The translations under genes and the position numbers were made by a program. The notes under the pieces are model-generated. The model did not search any database and had not been told where the DNA came from. It saw nothing but the letters and a program-made list of their open reading frames with translations. Below, piece after piece: positions 40,393 to 48,385 of a stretch of 64,000 bases of DNA (positions are counted from its first letter, which is position 1; the number at the start of each line of letters is the position of its first letter). Origin of the DNA: Escherichia phage moha; the sequence record MN850590.1. One strand, written 5' to 3'.

Positions 40393-40668
40393 ATGTTCCC
40401 AACTTATTCTGAAATTGTAAAGGTAGTCTTCAGTCAGATTATTGCTAATAATATGTTTGAAGTGCTTGATAATGCAGCCGAACTCAGAGTTCATGCTCAA
40501 GTAACTCATGTACTTAATGCTTTGCTCCCAGACCAAGTAGATTCTATTGCTATTACTCTTCTCCCTGGATCTGCACACGTCATCGTGGTATTTGATCTTG
40601 ACGGCGATTTAGTTATCCAATGTGATATCAATTTCGGTACACAAAAAATTGAATGCAAAGCAATTTAA
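40393..40668 (+). CDS. hypothetical protein
   Basis: 91 aa ORF. Confidence 0.5.
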   Translation: MFPTYSEIVKVVFSQIIANNMFEVLDNAAELRVHAQVTHVLNALLPDQVDSIAITLLPGSAHVIVVFDLDGDLVIQCDINFGTQKIECKAI

Positions 40669-40691
40669 TGGTTTACAACGCGGTGGAGTTG
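40662..40691 (+). promoter_or_regulatory. early promoter: -35 GTTTAC, -10 TGaTATGAT
   Basis: GTTTAC 40662-40667, TATGAT 40686-40691; imperfect palindrome 40673-40701. Confidence 0.45.
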
Positions 40692-40729
40692 TGATATGAT
40701 TAACTCTACCGACAAATGAGGAAATCGAA

Positions 40730-40966
40730 ATGCTAAGTGAAAACCCAATTACAGTACACGAATTTCAGATTAAAGTAAAAGAATTTGCTCAAGCACTCAT
40801 CAATAAAGTGTCTGAACGTTTCCAAGATGCAACATTACGAGTTATTCAAGAATCTCCACGTTCTTTTCTCATAATCGTTAATCCTAAAGATGGTGACCAG
40901 ATTACTAGCCTTAAATTAGGCAGTGACGGTTTAGTTGAAGCAACTCGCGTATACGGAACACTATAA
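40730..40966 (+). CDS. hypothetical protein
   Basis: 78 aa ORF with GAGGAA RBS after early promoter. Confidence 0.5.
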   Translation: MLSENPITVHEFQIKVKEFAQALINKVSERFQDATLRVIQESPRSFLIIVNPKDGDQITSLKLGSDGLVEATRVYGTL

Positions 40967-41547
40967 TGAAAGCTAGCACATATCTTCAGATTGCTTATCT
41001 GATTTCTCAAGAATCAAAATGTTGTTCATGGAAAGTTGGTGCGGTCATCGAAAAGGATGGGCGCATTATCTCTACGGGTTATAATGGGTCTCCTTCAGGT
41101 GGTACAAACTGTTGTGACCATGCTACCGAACAAGGTTGGTTGAAGAATAAACCAAGCCCGGTCATCGTTGCTGGGCATAAAGAAGGCACTACAGCATTTG
41201 GACGGGTGGATAATTTTGTTTTGGCTAAAGAACATCGGGCCGCTCATAGTGCATGGTCTGCTAATAACGAAATCCATGCTGAATTGAATGCAATTTTGTT
41301 TGCAGCTCGTAAAGGTAATTCTATTGAAGGTGCTACGTTATATACGACACTTTCTCCATGTCCTGATTGCACTAAAGCTATCACACAGTCAGGCATTAAA
41401 AAGGTTGTATATGCAGAATTATATGACCGGTCTCCTGAAAATTGGGCAGACATTCTAAAACAAGCTGGTATTGAAGTAATTCAGTACTCTCGTAATAATC
41501 TTCGTTCTCTGAATTGGGAACAAATTCGAAACTTTTGTGGTGAATAA
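40966..41547 (+). CDS. cd: dCMP deaminase
   Basis: 193 aa = T4 Cd; Zn-binding HAELNAI and PCPDC motifs. Confidence 0.95.
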   Translation: MKASTYLQIAYLISQESKCCSWKVGAVIEKDGRIISTGYNGSPSGGTNCCDHATEQGWLKNKPSPVIVAGHKEGTTAFGRVDNFVLAKEHRAAHSAWSANNEIHAELNAILFAARKGNSIEGATLYTTLSPCPDCTKAITQSGIKKVVYAELYDRSPENWADILKQAGIEVIQYSRNNLRSLNWEQIRNFCGE

Positions 41548-41845
41548 TATGATTTTAACTGAACAAGAGACTATGGTTCTTCGTGAACGTATTAAAACTA
41601 TTCTGTCTGTAGGAGTTCATTGTGTTGTATTTGAAAAGGCTAACGGTGAGGTACGCACTATGTTTGCTTCTCGCGATGAACTTGAAGTCAAATATGAAAA
41701 TAACAATCCGGCAACAGAAGTTCGTTCTGAACCTCGTGAATCAGTTCGAGCATTCGATACCAAGTTAGGTCAGTGGCGTTCTTTCCGCCTTGATAAAGTA
41801 ATTTCGGTTGATGGTACTCCGGTAGAACGTTTGCTTCTTATGTAA
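41537..41845 (+). CDS. hypothetical protein
   Basis: 102 aa ORF between cd and 31. Confidence 0.5.
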   Translation: MVNNMILTEQETMVLRERIKTILSVGVHCVVFEKANGEVRTMFASRDELEVKYENNNPATEVRSEPRESVRAFDTKLGQWRSFRLDKVISVDGTPVERLLLM

Positions 41846-41847
41846 TA

Positions 41848-41872
41848 TGCTTTACGAATAGTATGGTATTAT
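41848..41872 (+). promoter_or_regulatory. middle (MotA-dependent) promoter upstream of gene 31
   Basis: MotA box TGCTTTA 41848-41854, 12 nt, -10 TATTAT 41867-41872. Confidence 0.5.
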
Positions 41873-41902
41873 TAATCTATCGTCAAACAACAAGGAAATA
41901 AG

Positions 41903-42235
41903 ATGTCTGAAGTACAACTCCCAATTCGTGCTGTTGGTGAATATGTCATTCTGGTTTCTGAACCCGCTCAAGCAGGTGATGAAGAAGTTACCGAATCAGG
42001 ACTTGTGATTGGTAAACGTGTTCAAGGTGAAGTTCCTGAACTATGTGTAGTTCATTCTGTAGGTCCTGATGTTCCTGAAGGTTTTGTTGAAGTCGGTGAT
42101 TTGACTCCACTACCAGTTGGACAAATTCGAAATGTTCCACATCCATTTGTGGCTTTGGGACTTAAACAACCTAAAGAAATTAAACAGAAATTCGTAACAT
42201 GCCATTATAAAGCTATTCCGTGTCTTTATAAGTGA
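41903..42235 (+). CDS. 31: co-chaperonin gp31 (GroES functional analogue)
   Basis: 110 aa (T4 gp31 111 aa); recalled near-identity; MotA-box promoter upstream. Confidence 0.9.
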   Translation: MSEVQLPIRAVGEYVILVSEPAQAGDEEVTESGLVIGKRVQGEVPELCVVHSVGPDVPEGFVEVGDLTPLPVGQIRNVPHPFVALGLKQPKEIKQKFVTCHYKAIPCLYK

Positions 42236-42243
42236 TATAAATA
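42236..42243 (+). promoter_or_regulatory. late promoter (TATAAATA) for rIII
   Basis: Exact TATAAATA directly after gene 31 stop; hairpin GAAGAG-AACA-CTCTTC at 42251-42266 in leader. Confidence 0.5.
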
Positions 42244-42359
42244 ACTATATGAAGAGAACACTCTTCTAAGCGGTAGCCTACAACTGAGAGACTTGTCGAA
42301 AGAAGGTGAAATTCAGACGAACGTGGCTACTAAATATTATCTCGAATTGAGAATTTAAA

Positions 42360-42608
42360 ATGATTAAACAATTACAACACGCTCTTGAACTGCAACGTAA
42401 CGCATGGAATAATGGTCACGAAAACTACGGCGCGTCGATTGATGTTGAAGCCGAAGCACTGGAAATCCTGCATTATTTCAAACATCTGAACCCGGTACAG
42501 GCAGCTTTGGCCTCTGAACTGGAAGCAAAAGATGAACTGAAATATGCTAAGCCTTTGGCTTCTGCAGCTCGTAAAGCAGTACGTCATTTTGTTATTACCC
42601 TAAAGTAA
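42360..42608 (+). CDS. rIII: lysis-inhibition accessory protein RIII
   Basis: 82 aa = T4 RIII; recalled strong similarity; late promoter TATAAATA upstream. Confidence 0.85.
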   Translation: MIKQLQHALELQRNAWNNGHENYGASIDVEAEALEILHYFKHLNPVQAALASELEAKDELKYAKPLASAARKAVRHFVITLK

Positions 42609-42686
42609 GTTAAATCGAGGAGCCGTCGAACTGTCTGATTAATGATTTGCGAATCATTATAGTTTTAAGTCCCCGGCAGTTTTACG

Positions 42687-42715
42687 GTGTACCTCTTGAA
42701 TGTATTTTGTACTAT
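42687..42715 (+). promoter_or_regulatory. candidate sigma70-type promoter inside rIII-downstream non-coding region
   Basis: GTGTAC 42687-42692, 17-nt spacer, TACTAT 42710-42715; weaker match than other early promoters. Confidence 0.3.
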
Positions 42716-42871
42716 CACGCGTCAGAAAAAGGTTATCTGTCTAAGTCGTGGTTGGTATGATGACGGGTTTATGGTTATCCTGTCGTTAAATATCCAAAAC
42801 CTATGTTCCCCTTGAGGGCTTGCGCAGGCAATGTCAATAAGTCCTGCATTTTCATTTAAAGAGAATTTATA

Positions 42872-43051
42872 ATGGCAAAACAAGCTAAAGCAAAGAAAGC
42901 AGTTGAAAAGAAAGTTGATGGTACCTCTAAACGCGCTGGATACAAGCGTGGGTCGAACTCTCGTATTAATCAAACAGTTGAGAAGATCATGCGCAGAGCA
43001 CGTGCAGTTCTTCGAGATGATGCTTCTCGTTTTGGAAAGGTTGTTGCATAA
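42872..43051 (+). CDS. small lysine/arginine-rich protein (59 aa), unlisted ORF
   Basis: ATG 42872 to TAA 43049-43051; MAKQAKAKKAVEKKV...; followed by GGGAGAC-UUCG-GUCUCCC terminator; below ORF-track cutoff. Confidence 0.45.
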   Translation: MAKQAKAKKAVEKKVDGTSKRAGYKRGSNSRINQTVEKIMRRARAVLRDDASRFGKVVA

Positions 43052-43056
43052 TTTTA

Positions 43057-43081
43057 GGGAGACTTCGGTCTCCCTTTTGTG
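43057..43081 (+). terminator. intrinsic terminator after small basic ORF
   Basis: GGGAGAC-TTCG-GTCTCCC then TTTTGTG; same hairpin sequence as the gene 32 terminator. Confidence 0.7.
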
Positions 43082-43111
43082 CGTTTAGGGCAGAAAAAGT
43101 TTAAAAAAAAT

Positions 43112-43140
43112 GTTTACTCTCCTGTAGGATGTGTTACTAT
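43112..43140 (+). promoter_or_regulatory. early promoter: -35 GTTTAC, -10 TGtTACTAT
   Basis: GTTTAC 43112-43117, TACTAT 43135-43140. Confidence 0.5.
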
Positions 43141-43182
43141 AGACTTGTACCACCTAATCGATAAAACAAACCGGAGAACAAA

Positions 43183-43551
43183 ATGAAAATCAATCTGAAC
43201 TCATACATCAAATGTAAAGACCACGACGGTTATAAAGCTATCGAAATTAAAGAATTCCAGTGGATGTTATACAAAGAGCAATTTGAGTTCGTAGGTTGTA
43301 TGACCCCTGAAGGTCCTTCAGATGATTTCTCTTGGAAAATTGTGTTAGCAAACTTTTTCACAGGTGACACATATGAATTAAAAACTATTATTACCGGTAA
43401 AATTCGTTCAGAAACATATGTTGACGAAGAAACTGGTTACTCTGAAGATGTTACATGGTATCAAAATGGACGCATTACAGCAGATAACCTGATCGAAAAA
43501 ATGAAAGCCAAAGGTGTTTTAAATTTAGACAATTGGATTAAAGTTGCATAA
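43183..43551 (+). CDS. hypothetical protein
   Basis: 122 aa ORF after early promoter, GGAGA RBS. Confidence 0.55.
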   Translation: MKINLNSYIKCKDHDGYKAIEIKEFQWMLYKEQFEFVGCMTPEGPSDDFSWKIVLANFFTGDTYELKTIITGKIRSETYVDEETGYSEDVTWYQNGRITADNLIEKMKAKGVLNLDNWIKVA

Positions 43552-43555
43552 AACA

Positions 43556-43584
43556 GTTTACTTTGGTACAGGTTATGTTATTAT
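43556..43584 (+). promoter_or_regulatory. early promoter: -35 GTTTAC, -10 TGtTATTAT
   Basis: GTTTAC 43556-43561, TATTAT 43579-43584; 9-bp palindrome GGTACAGGT/ACCTGTACC 43565-43595. Confidence 0.5.
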
Positions 43585-43625
43585 AGACCTGTACCAACAA
43601 ACAACTTAAACATCTGGAGAATAAA

Positions 43626-43991
43626 ATGAACTACACCAACTTCGAACGTAAATATGTTTCTAACGGTATTGCTGGTTCTTCTGAAGTTATTTGCTTATGG
43701 AAACACGAAAACGGTACAGTTTGTGAAATCGAACAGTGCATGACTCCTAATTACGTTTATATGCGATTTGAAAATGGTATCACGGTTTCAATCACGATGG
43801 AAGGTTCAAATTTTAAAATTGCATTAGATGATGATTTCCGTCAGCGTGATTTAGGTACTCATCCTTGCTGGAATGGTGTTAATCGTAAACTTCTGGTTAA
43901 AACTTGGATTCGTCATATCCTGAGCAACCGAGCTAAACCTGAACATCTCGAAGCAATCTTTGATGTAGTTCTTAACGAATTTGATATCTAA
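43626..43991 (+). CDS. hypothetical protein
   Basis: 121 aa ORF after early promoter. Confidence 0.55.
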   Translation: MNYTNFERKYVSNGIAGSSEVICLWKHENGTVCEIEQCMTPNYVYMRFENGITVSITMEGSNFKIALDDDFRQRDLGTHPCWNGVNRKLLVKTWIRHILSNRAKPEHLEAIFDVVLNEFDI

Positions 43992-44026
43992 ATTAATTGG
44001 GAGCTTCGGCTCCCATTGAGGAAATT

Positions 44027-44641
44027 ATGTTTAAAGTTAATACTTTTTATAAAATGAATTTTAAAAATGGGGATATTACTCCACGCCTTAAAAACATGTT
44101 CTCATATGACCTTATCGAGCCTTTTGAAGTTTTAGAAGTTACTGATGCCGGCTCGGTTTGTGAAATTAGAACTTCTGAAGGTAAAATTTATCAGGCCGGT
44201 GTTGGTAAATTCAGTAATTGTTTTACTTTAATATTCTCGACCGATTTAGATGAGCATTTTATTGAATGTCCTAACCCTAAGGTCTATGAAGTTCCACATC
44301 AAGAAACTAAGAAAAATGGACCGCACGAATATACGAAGGTTGAAACTCCTCACGGCGTGATGTGGCGACATAACTCTCCTTTTGGAAGTAAAGGAACATT
44401 TGCTCAACTGGCTAAGCCCTACGACGATGAAAAATATGTAGTAGTCCTTTTATCTGAACAGGGTACTCAAGACCGTGGATGCCAGCGTTCCGGTTTATTG
44501 AGTGAACTCGAAGCTCATAACCTAGCACGTGAATTCGTTGAGAAAAATCCTGGTTCTGAAGCTCTAGTCATGAAAGCAATTACTCAATATATCACTGCTC
44601 AACCTGTTGTTCATCCGGTAGAAATTAATTTCATTAAGTAG
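44027..44641 (+). CDS. hypothetical protein
   Basis: Listed 43997..44641; start moved to ATG 44027 (GAGGAA RBS), since 43997 lies inside the upstream hairpin. Confidence 0.5.
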   Translation: MFKVNTFYKMNFKNGDITPRLKNMFSYDLIEPFEVLEVTDAGSVCEIRTSEGKIYQAGVGKFSNCFTLIFSTDLDEHFIECPNPKVYEVPHQETKKNGPHEYTKVETPHGVMWRHNSPFGSKGTFAQLAKPYDDEKYVVVLLSEQGTQDRGCQRSGLLSELEAHNLAREFVEKNPGSEALVMKAITQYITAQPVVHPVEINFIK

Positions 44642-44695
44642 TGTACATCCAAGGACGGATTAGAGTATAATGATTTCTTTAGTAAGTGGAAAAAT

Positions 44696-44893
44696 ATGAA
44701 ATTTTTAATAGCACAAACAGTCCAATTAAAAGGTGTTGGAATCCCTGGGATGATTTTTAAAGTTCTCAACGAATTTAAAACTGCCGCTGGAATTATCAAT
44801 GAAGCGTATGCTGTTCAATGGGTTGATGGGACTTCTGACATACGTATGGGTAAAGAGTTATCTCCTATTAAAGGGTTGAAACATGTTGAATAA
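44696..44893 (+). CDS. hypothetical protein
   Basis: 65 aa ORF. Confidence 0.45.
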   Translation: MKFLIAQTVQLKGVGIPGMIFKVLNEFKTAAGIINEAYAVQWVDGTSDIRMGKELSPIKGLKHVE

Positions 44894-45101
44894 ATTAATC
44901 CAGAAATTGTTTGGTACGGAAATGATTGAAGTTACTTATCGTGTAACCGACGTTTTTCCATATTACGCGGAAAACCGTTTAGAACCATACGTTACGTCAA
45001 TTAAAATGCCTAAAAATGACAGAAATTTATCTATCGAAGACCGTATACCTGGATACGGACATTGGGCTGATGTTGAAATTATAAGTGTTAAAGATGTCTG
45101 A
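44883..45101 (+). CDS. hypothetical protein
   Basis: 72 aa ORF. Confidence 0.45.
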   Translation: MLNKLIQKLFGTEMIEVTYRVTDVFPYYAENRLEPYVTSIKMPKNDRNLSIEDRIPGYGHWADVEIISVKDV

Positions 45102-45552
45102 ATTAGAAATAAGAAGTAATTTCAAATGGCCGTCATGTGCATTAAGTAACTTTGCTCAATGGCCTTTTGTTATGGATGGTATTCAATTCGGAGGTCTTGA
45201 AGGATTTCTCCAAGGATGTAAGGTGAAAAATGTTGAACAACAAAGACGTATATTTGGGCTGTCAGGACTGGCCGCACAGCAAGCTGGAAGGTCTTATGCA
45301 AGAGCTCAGGACCGTGGGACTCTCTTCTGGTTAGGAGTTCCATTTTCAAGATACTCTGAAGCGTGGAAAGAATTATACACAAATGCATATTTTGAAGCCG
45401 CGATCCAAAACAAGGGGTTTCGTGATGCCTTACAAGCCTCTAAAGGAAAAATTTTGAAGCACAGCATGGCCAGCCACCTAACAAAAGATGATACAATATT
45501 AACCGAAGCCGAATTTATTGATGTGTTAAACCTATTAAGAGACTCTTTATGA
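45085..45552 (+). CDS. NADAR / YbiA-like (DUF1768) protein, T4 30.3-position
   Basis: 155 aa; LSNF...DG...AW..LY motifs resembling YbiA/NADAR family. Confidence 0.55.
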   Translation: MLKMSELEIRSNFKWPSCALSNFAQWPFVMDGIQFGGLEGFLQGCKVKNVEQQRRIFGLSGLAAQQAGRSYARAQDRGTLFWLGVPFSRYSEAWKELYTNAYFEAAIQNKGFRDALQASKGKILKHSMASHLTKDDTILTEAEFIDVLNLLRDSL

Positions 45553-46373
45553 AGCCTACTATTTTGACTGATATTGATGGTGTATGTTTAAGCTGGCAAT
45601 CTGGACTTCCTTATTTTGCCCAAAAATATAACCTTCCATTAGAACATATTTTAAAAATGATTCAGGACGAAAAATTTATTTCTCCTGGTAAACTGTTCAA
45701 TACCGACGATAACCTTGGTAAACAATTAATAGAAAAATATAATAGCTCTGATTTTATTCGTTACTTAGCGCCTTATTCTGATGCTCTTCGAGTTATCAAT
45801 AAACTAAAAGAAGACTATAATTTTGTAGCCGTGACGGCGCTAGGTGATTCAATTGATGCTCGATTGAATAGACAATTTAATTTGAATGCTTTGTTCCCAG
45901 GCGCTTTCTCTGAAGTAATGATGTGTGGTCATGATTCTTCAAAGGAACAATTATTCGAACTAGCTAAAACAAAATATAACGTGATTTGTTACGTTGACGA
46001 TTTAGCTCATCATTGTGACCATGCAGCAGAAATTCTTAATGTACCGATTTATTGGTTGGCTCGTGGTGAACGTGATGCCATTCCTCGTACTGCACAACGT
46101 GTACACACGTGGGATGATATTGAATCTCGTTTGGTTCTGCCTAAGAATAATTCAGATTCAGATCGTGAAGACCTTTTAAAACGATTGGCGGATTTGCTTA
46201 AAGAATCTGGTGCAACAAGCCCAGGTGCATGGCCTAATCAAATTGGTGGCCCCTCGACAACACGTACTCCATATACCTGGCGAACCCCAGGACCAACTGA
46301 TATGCAGCCGTGGTGGACGATTCAAAACTTTCCTTTAGATTCGTCTAAATGGACTTGGTCTATAAATTGTTAA
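45549..46373 (+). CDS. HAD-superfamily phosphatase-like protein, T4 30.2-position
   Basis: 274 aa; N-terminal DIDGV (DxDG) motif; unusual Pro/Trp/Thr-rich C-terminal tail. Confidence 0.55.
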   Translation: MKPTILTDIDGVCLSWQSGLPYFAQKYNLPLEHILKMIQDEKFISPGKLFNTDDNLGKQLIEKYNSSDFIRYLAPYSDALRVINKLKEDYNFVAVTALGDSIDARLNRQFNLNALFPGAFSEVMMCGHDSSKEQLFELAKTKYNVICYVDDLAHHCDHAAEILNVPIYWLARGERDAIPRTAQRVHTWDDIESRLVLPKNNSDSDREDLLKRLADLLKESGATSPGAWPNQIGGPSTTRTPYTWRTPGPTDMQPWWTIQNFPLDSSKWTWSINC

Positions 46374-46382
46374 GGGTTAATT

Positions 46383-46652
46383 ATGTTTGTAGTTCATGAT
46401 ATTACAGATGGCAAAAATACCACACGTGACTACGGTCACGTTAACATGTTCTTTCGAGACTGGCCATTGTTTCGTTCAGTAAAAGACGCAGAAATATTTA
46501 AAGAGTGTGTTGAACAAGGGTTCATCTACATTTCAGAATACTATGTTGAAGGACTCGGTAAATGGATTACAACTTATCAGAAAACGCTGAAATCGCTTCT
46601 AGATGAAGTGGCTTATAATAGAACCGTAACCAAAATCGAGGACATCAAATGA
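46383..46652 (+). CDS. hypothetical protein (30.1-position)
   Basis: 89 aa ORF. Confidence 0.5.
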   Translation: MFVVHDITDGKNTTRDYGHVNMFFRDWPLFRSVKDAEIFKECVEQGFIYISEYYVEGLGKWITTYQKTLKSLLDEVAYNRTVTKIEDIK

Positions 46653-48142
46653 TTTTAGATATTTTAAACCAAATAGCTGCGATCGGTTCTACTAAAACAA
46701 AACAAGAAATCCTTAAGAAAAATAAGGACAACAAATTACTTGAACGTGTGTATCGTTTAACATATGCACGTGGTATCCAGTATTATATTAAGAAATGGCC
46801 AGGACCAGGTGAAAGGTCTCAAGCGTATGGTCTTCTTGAATTAGATGACATGTTGGATTTTATTGAGTTCACATTAGCCACTCGTAAACTCACTGGTAAT
46901 GCTGCAATTAAAGAGCTCATGGGTTATATCGCTGATGGTAAACCTGATGATGTAGAAGTCCTTCGTCGTGTAATGATGCGCGACCTTGAAGTAGGTGCTT
47001 CAGTGTCTATCGCGAATAAGGTGTGGCCTGGACTTATTCAATTGCAACCACAGATGTTAGCATCTGCATATGACGAGAAATTGATTACTAAAAATATTAA
47101 ATGGCCCGCATTTGCCCAATTAAAAGCAGACGGTGCTCGTTGTTTCGCTGAAGTTCGCGATGATGGTGTTCAATTCTTTTCTCGTGCCGGCAACGAATAT
47201 CATGGTCTTACTCTATTAGCGGATGAACTAATGGAAATGACTAAAGAAGCTCGTGAAAGACACCCTAATGGGGTTTTAATCGACGGTGAATTAGTTTACC
47301 ATTCATTTGATATTAAAAAGGCTGTGAGCTCAGGAAATGACCTGTCGTTCTTATTTGGTGATAATGAAGAATCCGAAGAAGTACAAGTTGCGGACCGTAG
47401 CACTTCAAACGGTTTAGCAAATAAATCTCTTCAAGGGACTATTTCTCCTAAAGAAGCTGAAGGTATGGTTCTTCAAGCCTGGGACTATGTTCCTTTAGAT
47501 GAAGTCTATTCTGATGGCAAAATTAAAGGTCAGAAATACGATGTTCGTTTTGCTGCTCTTGAAAATATGGCTGAAGGCTTTAAACGAATTGAGCCAATTG
47601 AAAATCAGTTAGTTCGTAATCTTGACGAAGCTAAAGTGGTTTATAAAAAATATGTTGACCAAGGTCTTGAAGGTATTATCCTTAAAAACCGTGATTCATA
47701 TTGGGAAAACAAACGTTCTAAGAACCTAATTAAATTTAAAGAAGTTATTGATATCGCTTTAGAAGTTGTAGGATACTATGAACACTCTAAAGACCCTAAC
47801 AAATTAGGTGGTGTCGAACTCGTATCACGTTGTCGTCGTATTACAACCGATTGTGGTTCAGGGTTTAAAGATACAACTCATAAAACAGTTGATGGTGTAA
47901 AGGTTCTTATTCCTTTAGATGAGCGACATGATTTGGACCGTGAACGATTAATGACCGAAGCTCGTGAAGGTAAATTGATTGGACGTATTGCTGATTGTGA
48001 ATGCAATGGTTGGGTTCATTCTAAAGGACGTGAAGGCACTGTAGGTATTTTCCTCCCAATTATTAAAGGGTTCCGTTTTGATAAAACAGAAGCGGATTCG
48101 TTTGAAGACGTATTTGGACCGTGGTCCCAGACAGGTTTATAA
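46649..48142 (+). CDS. 30: ATP-dependent DNA ligase
   Basis: 497 aa (T4 ligase 487 aa); adenylation motif KADGARC. Confidence 0.9.
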   Translation: MILDILNQIAAIGSTKTKQEILKKNKDNKLLERVYRLTYARGIQYYIKKWPGPGERSQAYGLLELDDMLDFIEFTLATRKLTGNAAIKELMGYIADGKPDDVEVLRRVMMRDLEVGASVSIANKVWPGLIQLQPQMLASAYDEKLITKNIKWPAFAQLKADGARCFAEVRDDGVQFFSRAGNEYHGLTLLADELMEMTKEARERHPNGVLIDGELVYHSFDIKKAVSSGNDLSFLFGDNEESEEVQVADRSTSNGLANKSLQGTISPKEAEGMVLQAWDYVPLDEVYSDGKIKGQKYDVRFAALENMAEGFKRIEPIENQLVRNLDEAKVVYKKYVDQGLEGIILKNRDSYWENKRSKNLIKFKEVIDIALEVVGYYEHSKDPNKLGGVELVSRCRRITTDCGSGFKDTTHKTVDGVKVLIPLDERHDLDRERLMTEAREGKLIGRIADCECNGWVHSKGREGTVGIFLPIIKGFRFDKTEADSFEDVFGPWSQTGL

Positions 48143-48330
48143 TGAAAGCTTATTTAGAAACAGTTATTGTAGCTAAGAAGGATGGTGGAGATGTTTCCAC
48201 CTCTTGCTCTCAGATTATATTAGATTTTCCTAATGAAAATTCGTATCGGGTTTTCGTAGATAACGTTAATGGGTACGAAAAAGGCCCTAATTTTGAAGTT
48301 TATCGTACTTTGCTCCCGATTGTGGATTAA
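48142..48330 (+). CDS. hypothetical small protein
   Basis: Listed 48121..48330; ATG 48142 overlaps ligase stop (TAATG); followed by terminator hairpin. Confidence 0.4.
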   Translation: MKAYLETVIVAKKDGGDVSTSCSQIILDFPNENSYRVFVDNVNGYEKGPNFEVYRTLLPIVD

Positions 48331-48351
48331 GAGCCTTCGGGCTCTTTTTGG
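48331..48351 (+). terminator. intrinsic terminator before alt
   Basis: GAGCC-TTCG-GGCTC then TTTTTGG. Confidence 0.65.
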
Positions 48352-48385
48352 CATAAATATAAATTATTACTAAAAGGAAAACACT

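Noticed and set aside
42609-42871. tRNA or group I intron in the rIII-downstream non-coding region
   Set aside because: No cloverleaf with a GTTCRANYC T-loop could be built (nearest is CGTCGAAC), and the region is too short and lacks intron core elements; kept as a finding only as a structured leader or regulatory region
42722-42973. 83-aa - strand ORF spanning the non-coding region and the small basic ORF
   Set aside because: Antisense to a + strand ORF that has an RBS and terminator; composition not protein-like
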